A DNA stretch of 64,000 nucleotides from Sphaerodactylus townsendi (Eukaryota): NCBI RefSeq assembly GCF_021028975.2, contig NC_059428.1, forward strand, positions 138,942,001 through 139,006,000, given 5' to 3'. Positions 19,901-31,740 of this stretch are shown in pieces. The first letter of the stretch is position 1, and each line of letters starts with the position of its first letter. A model generated the notes under the pieces. It had not been told where the DNA came from and searched no databases. It worked only from the letters and a program-made list of their open reading frames with translations. Both the position numbers and the translations under genes were made by a program.

Positions 19901-22900
19901 AGGGGGGGTATATTATGGGACTTCAGAAGCCCTCCCCTAGAGCTGAAGGCAGGGCGAGCACTGACCTTGTCCCTAAAGCAGCTGGGTCTTTGGAGGGGGG
20001 GGGCGGGCAGAGGTGCTGGAGCGCTGGAGAGGGAAGTACCCCCAGCTGTAGCCAATCCTCCTTGCCAGGTGACTTTCCTCCTTCTCAAACCCCCCCCCCC
20101 CCCCCCCCCCAGCCTTCAAATGGAAAACCAGCAGCCGCTGCGGTTTCTGAGCTTGGAAGCGAGCTTTGTTGGCCTGCGGGCTCAGTGCATCTGTACCGTG
20201 ATTCTGAGGATCAGTGTTTTGGGGTGGGTGGGGGATGGGGGATGGGGGATGGGGGGGGGCTTCCGGTGTTGTGGAGCAGTGCTGATCTCCTTCCTCTCTG
20301 TCTGGGGGGGCCCTGCAGCACGTCGATGGCAGTTTCTCAGTGAAGCCCTTGAAGCAGAAGCAGATTGTAAGTCCTGACGGATTGAACTAAAATATTTATC
20401 AGCTGCCTTTCCTTTTTACGGAGCTGCTGGCAGCTTTCAGTGGCAACGAAACCTGTTGAATAGATCACATAAAAACCATTGAGCCAAAATTTAAAACAGC
20501 AGCTTCAGACTTCCCGTTGGGTCAGTTCCTGGTTTGGCTGAAATTTTAGGTGCCTCTCCAGGGAGGCCCCCGGACATCCCCCCCCCCTCCCCCAGCGATT
20601 GGTCTGCCCTCAGAGGGTTCCCCTGAGCACGTCTGTTTTGGCTTCACAAAGGATCTTGCAGGGAGCTAAATCACAACTGAGCAAAGTGTGCCTCGGGTGG
20701 ACGGGTGGGGTGGGAGACTGGGGGAATGGAATTTTTAAAGGGAACCTCCATGAAGGGCGGTCGGCGGAAGGGCTCCGTGGGTCACTTGTCTGTGGGTACC
20801 GCTGGCTGATCTGCTTATGGGAGGAGGATGTAAACGTCTCATTCTCTCCACCACCACCACCCTGCCTTCCCAGGTGGATCGAGTCAGCTACCTGCTTCAG
20901 GAGATCTATGGCATCGAGAACAAGAACAACCAGGAGACGAAGGTGAGGAGAGGCGGCCGCCGGCCCCCGAGCTGGAGGCTGGAAGAAGGCCGCGGAGTGG
21001 TGGGGGGAGCCCCTTTGCACAGCCTTGATCTGCTAGATGCCCTCCGAAGCAGAGGATGCACGGCAGGGGCTGCCCCGTCTCTCGCTGCTGTTTCGGGGTG
21101 GGTGCAGGAGCCAGTGGGGTGTTGCGATTAGCTCACTGGACCCAGTAGGGGACACCTTTTTTGGCCTCCCCTCCAGGGGAATGATGAGAATGACATGGGG
21201 AGGAGAGGAGAGAGGACGCCTGGGAGGAGGCAGGGCAGTGCATACGTTTGACAGGCAGATGGGGAACGTGAGCAGAAACAGGCAAAGGGTGACAGTGGAG
21301 GAGCTGATGCTCGGGGAGGGGATGCGTGCTGCCTCTTGCGGTGCCCCAGAGAGGTCTCAGGGAAGGTCCCTCCTCCTTGCAGCCCTGTGACGACGAGAAC
21401 AGTGACAACAGCAACGAGTGCGTCGTGTGCCTCTCTGACCTGCGGGACACCCTCATCCTGCCCTGCCGGCACCTCTGCCTCTGCAACTCCTGTGCCGACA
21501 CCCTGCGCTATCAGGCCAACAACTGCCCCATCTGCCGCTTGCGTGAGTCGGGGGAGGCGGCCTCTTGTGCCAGCTGCTTTCTGCAGGGGGCTCTGCTTCC
21601 TTGGTTCAATGAGCACCGGCAGCCTTCTTGGCTGGAGGTTTCAGGGCTGGAAGCCAGTCCCGTTTCTAGTTCTGGGCTGGCTGGAGAGGCGGAAGGCCCT
21701 GACACGGCAACGGGTGGCTCACAGGGATCTCAGCCCTGCCCGTCCGTGCTGGTAGAGTCCAGGGCTCCCCTTGACCACAGGACAGCCGTCTTTCCTCATC
21801 AGTTTGGGGGGGTTCCGAGGTTCCCCCAGATCTTTCTTGAGCCTGGGCAGCGGCCAAGCCAGTGGTCCCGTCCGGGAGCCTTGCGATGCCGAAGGTCCGA
21901 GTGTCGCTTGTCCTCCCTCACAGCATTCCGGGCCCTGCTGCAGATCCGAGCAGTGAGGAAGAAGCCCGGGGCTCTGTCCCCCATCTCCTTCAGCCCCGTC
22001 TTGGCGCAGACGCTGGACCACGACGAACACTCGGTGAGGAGCCGCTCCAGGCCAACGTCTCGTGGCAACGGCCTTGCAGCCCTTGGTCTTCGCAGGGTGG
22101 GGTGGGATACAGTCAGTCGCTGCCTTCAGCTTATTGGGGAAATGTTGCCAGTGTTGGGGAAGACCCTTGAGGTGAGCCGCTGCCCCTGAGAGCGAGTGAG
22201 GTTGAGCTAGGGGGACTGAGGGGCCCCAGAGACGTCTCCGTGGGCTCAGCAGAGCGAGCTGTGGTGTGTGTTGAGGGGGGCTTGTGTCCTTGTGGGTCGT
22301 CAGGGGTTCTTGGCCGTGGCTGAGGAGACTGGGACTTTTGCTGCGGAGTCCTGCCACAGCCTCGGGCGAGAGGCCCCTTGAATCATGGTCAACCTACTAG
22401 GCCCGTGGTGGTGAACCTTTGGCACTCCAGATGTTATGGACTACAATTCCCATCAGCCCCTGCCAGAATGGTCAATTGGCCATGCTGGCAGGGGCTGATG
22501 GGAATTGTAGTCCATAACATCTGGGGTGCCAAAGGTTCACCACCACTGTACTAGGCAGAACCAGGCAGCCAAGGAAACATGCTGTGAAGATAGCAGAGCG
22601 AAAAGGGAACGGGCTCCACCCGTGGTCAGGAATTGCTGTTTGATCTTGAGAGCCCCTGGGTTGGGTTGGGGGTCAAGAGCATGAGATGGCAGCGGTGCCT
22701 CCCCCAGGCTCAGTGGTTCTGGAGGTGTTCCTGGGTCGGGCTGGGGGTGGGAGGTCCAAGCCAGGGTGAGCCAGAAAACCCAGCCGTGAGGAGGGGGCAC
22801 CCTGTCTCGCTCTCCCCACAGTGTTCGGACAACATTCCTCCCGGCTACGAGCCCATCTCCCTGCTGGAGGCGCTGAACGGCCTGCGCTCTGCCTCGCCTT

Positions 22901-25900
22901 CCCTCCCTTCTGCTCCCCTCTACGATGAGATCACCTACACCGGGGTGCTGGACGGGCTCCCCCCGACCGGAAGGCCTCTCGTGGGGCTCGACCGAGCCAT
23001 GGAGAGCAGCCATCAGAAGAGCAAGCGCAGCAAATCCCCTGACAGGTGAGCGGCCTGCGGGAGAAAGCCAGGATCCCTCCGTGCTTCAGGGTGGGTGGCG
23101 GGGCAGCTCTTGCCGGGCCTTGCTTGGACTCTGCCGCTCTCCTGCCCCCATGAGGAGGGCCTGAGGGGTTTCTGAGCCCACTTCCACCCTGGGGTGGGGG
23201 CTGGTTTGGAAGGGATCGTCTTCATGCATGTTCAGAGTCCGAGGGGTATCTGCTGGAACCCTGCAGTGTTGGTCAGGAGAGGACAGAATTGAGTTCCAGT
23301 AGCTGTCCCCTCCCCCGCTTCTCAAGCATGAGGCCCGAACGCCCTTGCAAGGGCACAGCTCCCAACCTCCTCTTACCCTCTGCAGCACCCTCCGGTCACC
23401 TTCTTCACCAATCCACGAAGAAGACGAGGAGAAGCTATCAGAAGACTCTGAGCTGCAGCCGCCGCTGCGAGGGACGGAGCTTATCCTGTGCGAGAGCAAC
23501 TCCCCAGAGGTGAATATCTCTTGCACACGCGTAGCCCTGGCCGTCCTCTTAGTAGGTGGCACTTGTCCAGACCAGCTGCCCCATGAAGGTAGAACAGCCA
23601 GTTGCCCACTGTGGGGAAACTCGTGGCTGCTGGGTCTCTGGATGCCCCACAGAATTGGGGCTGTGGGTGGGGGTGGCCACAGGAAGAGCACCTCTCCGCC
23701 GGGCCCTGCTGAGTTCTAGTCATGCCTGCAGTTGGAAGGGAGGATCCGGCGAGGCCCTCACTCTTTCACCTGGATCCAGGCCTTCAAACCTGGCTGGGGA
23801 GCCATCCTTCTGGCCAGCACCGTTGCCTAAGAAAGGGGCCAAACGCTTCCCTGCTCCCGCCCCCCAAGGGGTTGAGCTGTGCCAGGATGCGCCACCCGCA
23901 GCTGAGCCTTGGAGGGGCCACTGGTGCTTTTTGTCCCCTTGGAAGCGTATGTGGAACCGGCTTCCCAACCCACCCCCCAGCCTTTTGCCATCTTGTTTTG
24001 GTGTGGGTGGTATGGTATGGTAGATTTAATGTATATACCACCCTCCCCCGAAAGGCTCAGGGCAGTGCTCAACAGCATCATCACAACATCAATAAACATA
24101 ACATCATAGAACAACCATCAATAAATGCATCAATAACATAGGGTCAATAAACATAACATAATTCTCACAATATTAGAATCAGGGAGCATTCATTGAAAAT
24201 GCTGGGGGGAAGAATTAGGACTAATAAAAGGAAACACTTCTTCATGCAACGTGTGATTGGTGTTTGGAATATGCTGCCACAGGAGGTGGTGATGGCCACT
24301 AACCTGGATAGCTTTAAAAGGGGCTTGGACAGATTTATGGAGGAGAATTCGATCTCTGGCTACCAATCTTGATCCTCCTTGATCTGAGATTGCAAATGCC
24401 TTAGCAGACCAGGTGCTCAGGAGCAGCAGCAGCAGCAGAAGGCCATTGCTTTCACATCCTGCCTGTGAGCTCCCAAAGGCACCTGGTGGGCCACTGCGAG
24501 TAGCAGAGTGCTGGACTAGATGGACTCTGGTCTGATCCAGCAGGCTAGTTCTTATGTTCTTATTGAACAACCATCAATAAATGCATCAATAACATAGGGT
24601 CAATAAACATAACATCATAGAATATATAAACATCAATAAATGCATCAATAATATAGGATCAATAAACATAACATTATCGAAGGCTTTCACGGCCGGAATC
24701 ACTTGGGTGCTGTGTGGTTTCCGGGCTGTATGGCCGTGTTCTAGCAGCATTCTCTCCTGACGTTTCGCCTGCATCTGTGGCTGACGTTTCGCCTGCATCT
24801 GTGGCTGGCATCTGTGGCTGGAGATCCTCTGAAGATGCCAGCCACAGATGCAGGCGAAACGTCAGGAGAGAATGCTGCTAGAACACGGCCATACAGCCCG
24901 GAAACCACACAGCACCCAAAACATAACATTGAACAACCATCAATAAATGCATCAATAACATAGGGTCAATAAACATAACATCATAAATCATAACATTGTA
25001 CAACAACCATCAATAAACACATCAATAAATATAGGATTATAACATCATAAACATAATATCATATAGCAACATTATAATACCAATAAAATCCATACAGTAC
25101 AGAAATAATAGAATATATAAACATCATAAATACAATTAAACCAATTCAGACCAGTTTACCATGAATTAACAACAATTCAATAAACAGATGGCGTCACCAT
25201 ACAAAGGAATCCGAAGGTAAATATATAGCCATGCCTATTAAACAGCATAGGCAGTAGCACTGCATATTAACTAGTAGAAAAAACTAATAATAACTAGAAA
25301 ACTAGCAATAACCAGGAAAAAACTCCCAAAAAGCCAGTTTGGACAGAAGAACACAGATGGGAAAAAGAAAGAAAGGGGAAAAAAGAAGAAAATTATAGAA
25401 AGGAGGGGCAACCTGGACCCATCTGCCCCCCAGCATCCAGATACCTAGATCCACCTAACTACCTCCACCTAACTAACTATCTGTCTGCGTCCCACAAACT
25501 ACAAAATTAACTAACTACTAACTACTAGTCAATACTTTCTAATTACCTAGAGTGTATTGGCAGAAGTTGGGTGGGTGGGCGGGCCGGCGTCATTGCCTAG
25601 GCACTTGGCAGGGGCAAGATTATCATGTTCTGTTTCTGGGTGGCAGAGCGGGCGCTCTTTTGCCGCTGTGCCCTGTTCACTCCTTGCTTGACGCAGGGCG
25701 GCCATGTGGGGATCGGGGCGAGTTGGGTTTCTGTGCTGCCGCTCTGCCCTTTCCTTGTTGCTGCCATAACCACAAACAGGCGGGCTTCAAGAAGGTTTGC
25801 AGGGGACTTTCTCCCCTGGGGAAGCCGCCACTTAAAAATCACCTTGCATTAAAACCAAACCACAGCCGTGCAACAGAGGGAGAAAGAGACAATGCTTCCG

Positions 25901-28900
25901 CAGGAACTATGCTCGGTTACATGAATAAAATCAGGATGGCGGGGCCAGGATTTGCCTAGTGTTGCTGGTGCCGTTTTGTCCAACTTGAAACTGGAAGGAA
26001 AACAATTCCGGAAAGGATGTCTATTCAGAAACTGTTCAGAAATGTCGCAGCCCAAATCTGTTTCCCTTCAGCCGACTCAGTCAGTTTTCAAGTTAACGAT
26101 GCAGGAAAACTGAGCCCGGCAAGAGCCTCCCCGTTCCTTACGCAGTCAGAAATCGAGGTCTCCCACTTAGAACTGGGCTGCAAATGGAAAGTGAGGCCCT
26201 GATCCTGTGGGTGCAAAGATTTGGCCTTCTGCTGTGTGAATGGTCGCTTTTCTGTCTGCTGAAATGGTTCCCCTGTCCAGGGGAGGGCGCAGGAAGGGAC
26301 GAAGCAGCCAGGAATGCTCTTGTCCTCTTCCACAAACAGAAGTGTCAGCAGTCAGAGGAGGAAGGGGGGGCTAGGTTTTGGCCCTGTTTCATCTTCTTGG
26401 CTTCTCTGAAACGTGGGTAGGTTTTTTACGATGTTAAATTACTTTTGCATCAAGAGCCTTTGCCACATTACTTAGCTCCTAGTCTCCAGCATTGTTGATC
26501 AGAGAAACCTCTGATTTCTCAAAATGGATCAGGCTGGCGAGGACGGGCTTCTTCCAGCCACTGACCCATGCAGAAGAAACGGGCTGTCACTCAAACCCTT
26601 CTTTGGATAGTTTCTGAAGCAGATGTGGAATGTAGGGCAGCAGGACCCACAGACCTCCCCCACAATCTATGCGGATAGCTTTTATTCAGGGCACACCACC
26701 CATGGGGACGGGGTGGACGACAGGGCGTGTGATGGGGGTGTTTCCAAATGATCGTGGGCACAAGGCCCTCCTGCAAAATTGCCCCCACCTTCCTCCTCCC
26801 CTGCTCCGACCTGGGGGAGGCACCTAAAGACAGCTGCAGTCTGAGGAGGGGAGGAGGCACCGGGGGTTTGGGGAGGGGCTCGGATGGGTCCTGATGGGTC
26901 CACCACTGTCCTACCACAGTGGTGCCCGTCCGAGCCGCCCCCGAGCGCAGGGGGAGGGCGGCCCTCCTTTTATTATTACCCATAACAGACCTCTGCCAGT
27001 TTGGGGCTAGACTGAACCACTGACTACCCTAAGCAAAGTCTGATAGCATTTTTTTTGCCAGTGTCGCTCCCTGGCATTGGTTGGCAAAAGGCTGACAGAT
27101 ACACAGGAAAAGGAACCTGGAGAGAATTGACATTTTAATGGAAGTGATGTGAGCAAACATAGACCATCTAGCCAAGCTTTTAAAAAAGCTTTCTGAAGTA
27201 GGAGGCAGTTAATCTCTGCTCTGTGTTCCAAGTGTGGTGTTAACATGCATAGCTGGGCTATTATTACTGCAGCAGAATCCACACGGTGCAATGAAATGCT
27301 TGTATCTCTGTTCACCTCTGGCGCAGCAGTTGAGCCAAAATCTATAAATGGCAGCAGAGGCTGAGAGGGAAGCTCGGGGGCTGGGTCCAGCGGAAGCGCC
27401 AGGTGGCTTCTCTCCCTCCGTTTTTACAGGGCAGTTTTTGCCTGATTCACACAGACTACTTAATAGCCGGATGCCGCAAGTCGACCAAACTATCTAATCC
27501 CGGCAGCCGGCAGCCTGATAGCAAATACGGAGAGCAGCTGGGATGCCCAGTTCTTCTTTTCAAAACAGAAGAATCTGTCAGGAGTTGAGGGAAACCCTTT
27601 AGTGTAGCCCTACTGGGTTGGGGGTGAGTGTGTTGTATTCAGTTTGGGGGCAGGGCAAAAACAGAGGGGGCCCACCTCTGCCTGCCTGCCTGCCTGGGAA
27701 TGTTCCCCGTGCCTTTCTCCTCTTGGAACTGGAAGGATGACTCCCCCTCCCTCTGAGGACTGTCTAGTGGGAGCCGTGGTGCCCCTGTTCAATGATGAGA
27801 CTTCCTATTCAAGCAATTCCCTTGACTGTAACAGCATCAGAATGAAGCTGATTGTAACAGTTTGGTTGGCAGAACTGAACACTAGGGGCCAAACAGCTCC
27901 AGTTATCCCTCCCTCTTCCCGCCCCTTCCCTGTCACCTCCCCTCAGTCCCGATCCCCAGAGGGGGACAGCACCCCTCATTCTCACAAGAACAAAGCAGCC
28001 CAGACTCTGCAACTCTTTCAAGTGCAAAAGCCACGGGTGCCCAATGAGCAGAACAGGCGGGAAAGCGAAACTAACTGGCAAGCGAGGAAAAGCCATTCCG
28101 GCATTCCGTTGCTCAAAATACGGTTTGGGATCCTCGACAGGATCGGGCTGCAGCAGGGCTGGGAGGGGGCGGGGGGATGCCCGTGCTCTCTGACCTGCCG
28201 TTCTGTTCCTGAATCTCCCAACACGGACCTGCTTCGGATGAGCCAGGGTCTCCCTTTGGGGCTTGCAAGCCCCTCCCCCTCCCCTGCCTCCTATCGAGAT
28301 GATGCCTCCTGCCTGGGCGGAGGACAATCTTGCCACCAGCGGTGGGCGTCCCACGCGGAAGGTCCAGAGCTCTCCTGCCGTCTCTGTCTTGCCTCCGCAA
28401 GCATCCGGGGCTCGGCTGCTGGGGGCCCTGCAATCCAGCGGGAGCCTCCCGGCAAAGTCAGGTGGCCCAAACGTCTTCTCTCGCTGCATCCTCCAAGAGA
28501 TTGGACTGATTTCAGCAGGGGGAGTGTGCCGGAGGTGGGGGTAGGGGCTTTCCTTCTTTCAGCCATGGAAGTCCTGTGGAATTGTGTGAACTCTCTCTCT
28601 TCTTCTTTTCAAGAGCCTGACAGCGGAAGAAGCGGAAGAGGTGGTCTCGCTAGAGCAAGGTAATTGCTGGGCGTGGGCCTGACCCTTCTGGGGGAGGCTG
28701 GCCAGCCCAGAGGCCTGCCTCTCTGGGTGGGAGGGTTATTGAGTGGCATCGTTGCTGAGGTGTGGCCGAGGGCAGGATCTGCCGGTTGGGCTGGGTTGGA
28801 TGGAGCTGGGACAGAACTGAGCTCCTGGAACTGAGTCGGGAGAGGAGCAGAAGGGGGCCTGACGGGGACGGGATGGGGACGGGCTGGTGCTGGGGGGGGT

Positions 28901-29688
28901 TTGGCTGTCCCCAGCCGCCTGAGCGCCTTCCCTTGGGCCTGTCGCAGGCAGCCTGCTCCCCTCCAGCAAGGACATCCTTCAGGAGAGCCCCGAGTCCAGC
29001 GAGTCCAGCGCCCTCCCAAACCCAGACAGCGAGTTGCCGGTCGACGTGTACCTGCCAGGTAGCCGCCCAGAGGAGGGAGCGGGGGCCCCCCTGGGGCCTG
29101 TCTGGGGCTGGGGCTGGTTGGCCACCCAGCTCTGCTGAGGAGCCAGGCCAGCTGGAGGCCCCTGGGGCCGGGAAGCATCTGGGCTAGGCTCGCTCGCGGC
29201 AGGGTCCTCTCTGGGCCACTGACCCTCGTGCAACTGCCCTGCTGGGCTGGGGCCCAGGAGCCGAGCACAGGAGGGCGGCAGTGCCCAAGAGTGACCCTTC
29301 CTGGCCGTTCCAGAGGCCGCTGGGCTCCGCTGGGGCTTGGCCCTTCCGGAGCTCCTGGAACAGCCTGGGAGGGATGGAAGCAGGTGGGAAAGGCAGCCAA
29401 GGGGATGCCGGGGTGTCCAATAAGCCCAGTTGTTGGGGGGGGGGGGGGGGAATCTTTTAAGAAGGGTTGGGGGTGGTGAGAAGGCCAAGGCCCCCCTTCG
29501 GAGGCCTGCTCTGCCCAAGAGAGGGCTGGTGGTGTTGGCGAGGGAAGCCAGGATGCGCCCATCTGGTCCCAATCACTTCTAACGTCTCCCTCTCTGTCTG
29601 CCCCTCCTCACCCCGCCCCACTCCCCTCCCCCACCCTGCCTGGGCAGCACTCGGCCCCGATTCCTGCTCTATTGGGATAGAGGAGTAA
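13793..29688 (+). CDS. MGRN1: E3 ubiquitin ligase Mahogunin RING finger 1 (537 aa)
   Basis: Exons 13793-13880, 14921-15039, 15546-15634, 17263-17409, 18326-18443, 18695-18761, 19832-19884, 20319-20366, 20874-20942, 21383-21542, 21924-22033, 22822-23045, 23386-23509, 28614-28659, 28948-29058, 29648-29688; all GT-AG, phases consistent, total 1614 nt. N-terminus [30 protein letters not shown]; C3HC4 [43 protein letters not shown]; PSAP motif (LPSAPLY); C-terminus [13 protein letters not shown]. Confidence 0.97.
15744..15972. mobile_element. Penelope-like-derived inverted-repeat element in MGRN1 intron 3
   Basis: Tail plus inverted arms; intact hammerhead on the minus strand. Confidence 0.85.
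15827..15869 (-). ncRNA. Minimal type I hammerhead ribozyme motif
   Basis: Reverse complement reads TCCT-CTGAAGA-T-GCC..GGC-GAAAC-GTC-AGGA. Confidence 0.7.
15978..16165 (-). mobile_element. SPIN (Space Invaders)/URR1-type non-autonomous hAT MITE
   Basis: TIR CAGTGGTTCTCAACCT; internal GCGACCCTTTAATACAGTTCCTCATGTTGTGGTGACCCCCAACC and CCTGTGAAAGGGTCGTTCGACCCCC; 8-bp TSD CCCTAGAC at 15970-15977 and 16166-16173. Confidence 0.88.
17747..17975 (+). mobile_element. Squam3-like SINE, degenerate
   Basis: Partial match to the family consensus. Confidence 0.65.
18945..19226 (+). mobile_element. Squam3-like SINE
   Basis: Family consensus with (TTC)n tail. Confidence 0.85.
22403..22548. mobile_element. 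Palindromic hAT MITE
   Basis: TIR C(A/C)GTGGTGGTGAACCTTTGGCAC; 8-bp TSD TACTAGGC at 22395-22402 and 22549-22556. Confidence 0.9.
24185..24560 (+). mobile_element. CR1 LINE 3' end (young family)
   Basis: Reverse complement of the 9036 and 47577 copies; ends TTCTTATGTTCT. Confidence 0.9.
24676..24919. mobile_element. Young Penelope-like-derived inverted-repeat element in MGRN1 intron 13
   Basis: Near-perfect inverted arms, internal tandem duplication of CTGACGTTTCGCCTGCATCTGTGG, flanked by AACATAACATT (possible TSD). Confidence 0.88.
24825..24867 (+). ncRNA. Minimal type I hammerhead ribozyme motif (sense to MGRN1)
   Basis: TCCT CTGAAGA T GCC AGCCACAGATGCA GGC GAAAC GTC AGGA: stem I TCCT/AGGA, core CUGANGA, stem II GCC/GGC, GAAA, GUC cleavage triplet at 24861-24863. 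Confidence 0.75.
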
Positions 29689-29945
29689 GCTGGTACGTCT
29701 TCTCTTTCCTTCGCACGTTCAGGCAGGTGTCTTTCGGGAGGGGAGGGGGTGGGGTGGCGAAAGGCAGGCAGAATTGGGGGACGGGATCCCCACCCGCCAG
29801 TCCTGGGGCGTGGCTGGATGCAGCTTTGGGCAGGATGGGGAACCCACCCTCCCTTGCTGGCTCAGGCACCCGGCATCGTGGCTGGCTTACGGGGGGGAGG
29901 GGGCTCAGTTCCTTGTCCCACGTGCCTCTCCCCCCCCCTTTCTAG

Positions 29946-30058
29946 GGTCTTCTGACTTTGCCCACATCCTCCAGAGCCGTGGGACCAGCGACACCGGGCC
30001 ACCGACCCTCTTTGGCCATCCCCACCTCCACGTGGAAAGCAGGCAGAGGCCCGCCTGA
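29946..30058 (+). CDS. MGRN1: Probable alternative terminal coding segment of MGRN1 (downstream acceptor)
   Basis: Strong acceptor ccccccctttctag at 29945. Its phase matches the exon ending at 29058, giving GSSDFAHILQSRGTSDTGPPTLFGHPHLHVESRQRPA*. Mammalian MGRN1 also has two C-terminal isoforms. Confidence 0.5.
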
Positions 30059-31140
30059 ATCAGACTACCAGGCCCATCACAAATCTGTGAGACCTGGCCA
30101 CGGCGGCTGCCCCTCTGGGACGCTCTGCGCGCGCTCTGTTCTCTGCTCTTGTGCCACTGGCCAGGCAGCGTTTTCCCCCATGTTGGACTTGGCCCGCCCT
30201 TTCTGAAGGATGTGTGTCTTTGTGCAGATGTGCATGGATTCCCCCTCCCCTCCGGACCTTCCTCCTTCCCCCCCACCCTTGGCTTCTTGGGCAGTTGACC
30301 AAAGGCTCTTCCTGGCAGCTGTCCGGCTGGTACTGCCTCCCCCTTGTAAATAGCTGGCAGGGCTCAGTCCCTCTTAAATTATCTGTCCAGCTGCTGTTGC
30401 TGAAGGGCCAGGGGGCTTCCAGTTGGTGCAGCACCTGCCTCTCTCGCCTGCCTGCCGTGCCATCCGCTGTACCAGCTTGGAGTCCTCCGGTTGGGTGGGC
30501 ACGCCCTTCTTCCTATGCTTTGCCACAGGGTTCCTTCTGCCCAGTGGGGCACCTCTGTAAAAAGGGGTCAGTGCAGGGCGGGGGAGGGGGGGCTCACCTG
30601 GCAGGGAGAGGGAGGCTGTGCCTACTGCTGTATGGCTGCTGCCCTTTTCCCTTGGCCCCCAGCTCCTGCTTTCCCTTGGAGCGCTAGCTGCCTGGGCACA
30701 GATGCTGGGTGTGGATGCTCATGGCAGAGGTGCCGCCCATCTTGCGCCAAGCAGCTGAGAGAGGTGCTGCTCCAGCCAGAGGCCGCTTGCCCCGTAATTT
30801 CCTTCTCCCATTTGGCCCCCATCTGCGCTGCCACCATGATCCTGTGCCTGTCTGAGGCCCTCCACTCAGGCTGCTGGAGAGGGAGACGAGGGAGAGCAGC
30901 CATTTGGGCCTCTGCCCTCAGCCTGTAGAGCAGCGTTGGCCAGCGGTGTGGGGTCATGGGCAGCCTTCCCGGGCCCCAGCCTTTCTGCCCCTCCCCTGCC
31001 TAGGGGCCGTGACGTGCCTTGTGCCCTGCTGCCTCCCTCCCTCCCTCCCTCTCTGGTGGTGCCAACCTCCCCCCTCCAGGCCTCCTGAAGCCGAGCCGAA
31101 CTCTCGTCCCCAAGGCTGGGTGTGTTTCTATATTTATAGG

Positions 31141-31146
31141 AATAAA
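31141..31146 (+). terminator. Polyadenylation signal of MGRN1
   Basis: AATAAA preceded by an AT-rich stretch and followed by GT-rich sequence (tgtgtcttg..gtgggtgtt). Confidence 0.7.
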
Positions 31147-31284
31147 CTCCTCCTGTGTCTTGCCGGTGGGTGTTCCCTTCTCTGGCTGTTGGGTGGGTGG
31201 GGAGGTCGTGGATGCCAACTCCTTGACCGCAGGGTGCCCCAGTGGCTCAGTCGGCTGCCCATTCAGAAGGGTGGAGATCTACTC

Positions 31285-31740
31285 CAGCATGGTGTGATGG
31301 TGAAGTGCGGCAGACTCTAATCTGGAGAACCGGGTTTGATTCCCCACTCCTCCACATGAGCGGCGGACTCTTATCTGGTGAACTAGATTTGATTTCCCCA
31401 CTCCTCTCCACAAAGCCTGCTGGGTGACCTTGGGCTAGTCACAGTTCTGCTGGAGCCCTCTCAGTCCCACCTGCCTCACAAGATGCCTGTCTGAGTGGGG
31501 AGAGGAAGGAATGGAGATTGTAAGCTGCTGTGAGACTCCTTAAAGCACAGGTGTCAAACTCGCGGCCCTCCAGATGTTAGGGACTACACAGTTCCCATCA
31601 TCCCCTGCCATCATCACGTTGGCAGGGGGTGATGGGAACTGTAGTCCACAACATCTGAAGGGCCACGAGTTTGACACCTATGCCTTAAAGGTATAAAGGC
31701 AGAGAAAAGCAGGGTATAAATCCAAATTCGTCGTCTTCTG
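31285..31740 (+). mobile_element. Squam3-like SINE with a nested MITE
   Basis: Family consensus interrupted at 31546-31682. Confidence 0.75.
31546..31682. mobile_element. Palindromic hAT MITE
   Basis: TIR CACAGGTGTCAAACTCG; 8-bp TSD CCTTAAAG at 31538-31545 and 31683-31690. Confidence 0.9.

Larger units (their letters stand above)
24070..25140. repeat. AT-rich minisatellite (unit about 55-60 bp, AACAACCATCAATAAATGCATCAATAACATAGGGTCAATAAACATAACAT) interrupted by CR1 and Penelope-derived insertions
   Basis: Unit visible at about 24110, 24567, 24630 (partial), 24932 and 25002. Confidence 0.8.

Noticed and set aside
24070-25140. Repeat-spacer-like pattern reminiscent of a CRISPR array
   Set aside because: Eukaryotic intron; the units are a degenerate minisatellite and the apparent spacers are transposon insertions.
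27644-28663. 339-aa plus-strand ORF and overlapping 226-aa minus-strand ORF in MGRN1 intron 13
   Set aside because: Non-ATG start for the long ORF, no recognisable domain, out of frame with the real exon at 28614; long ORFs arise by chance in GC-rich DNA.
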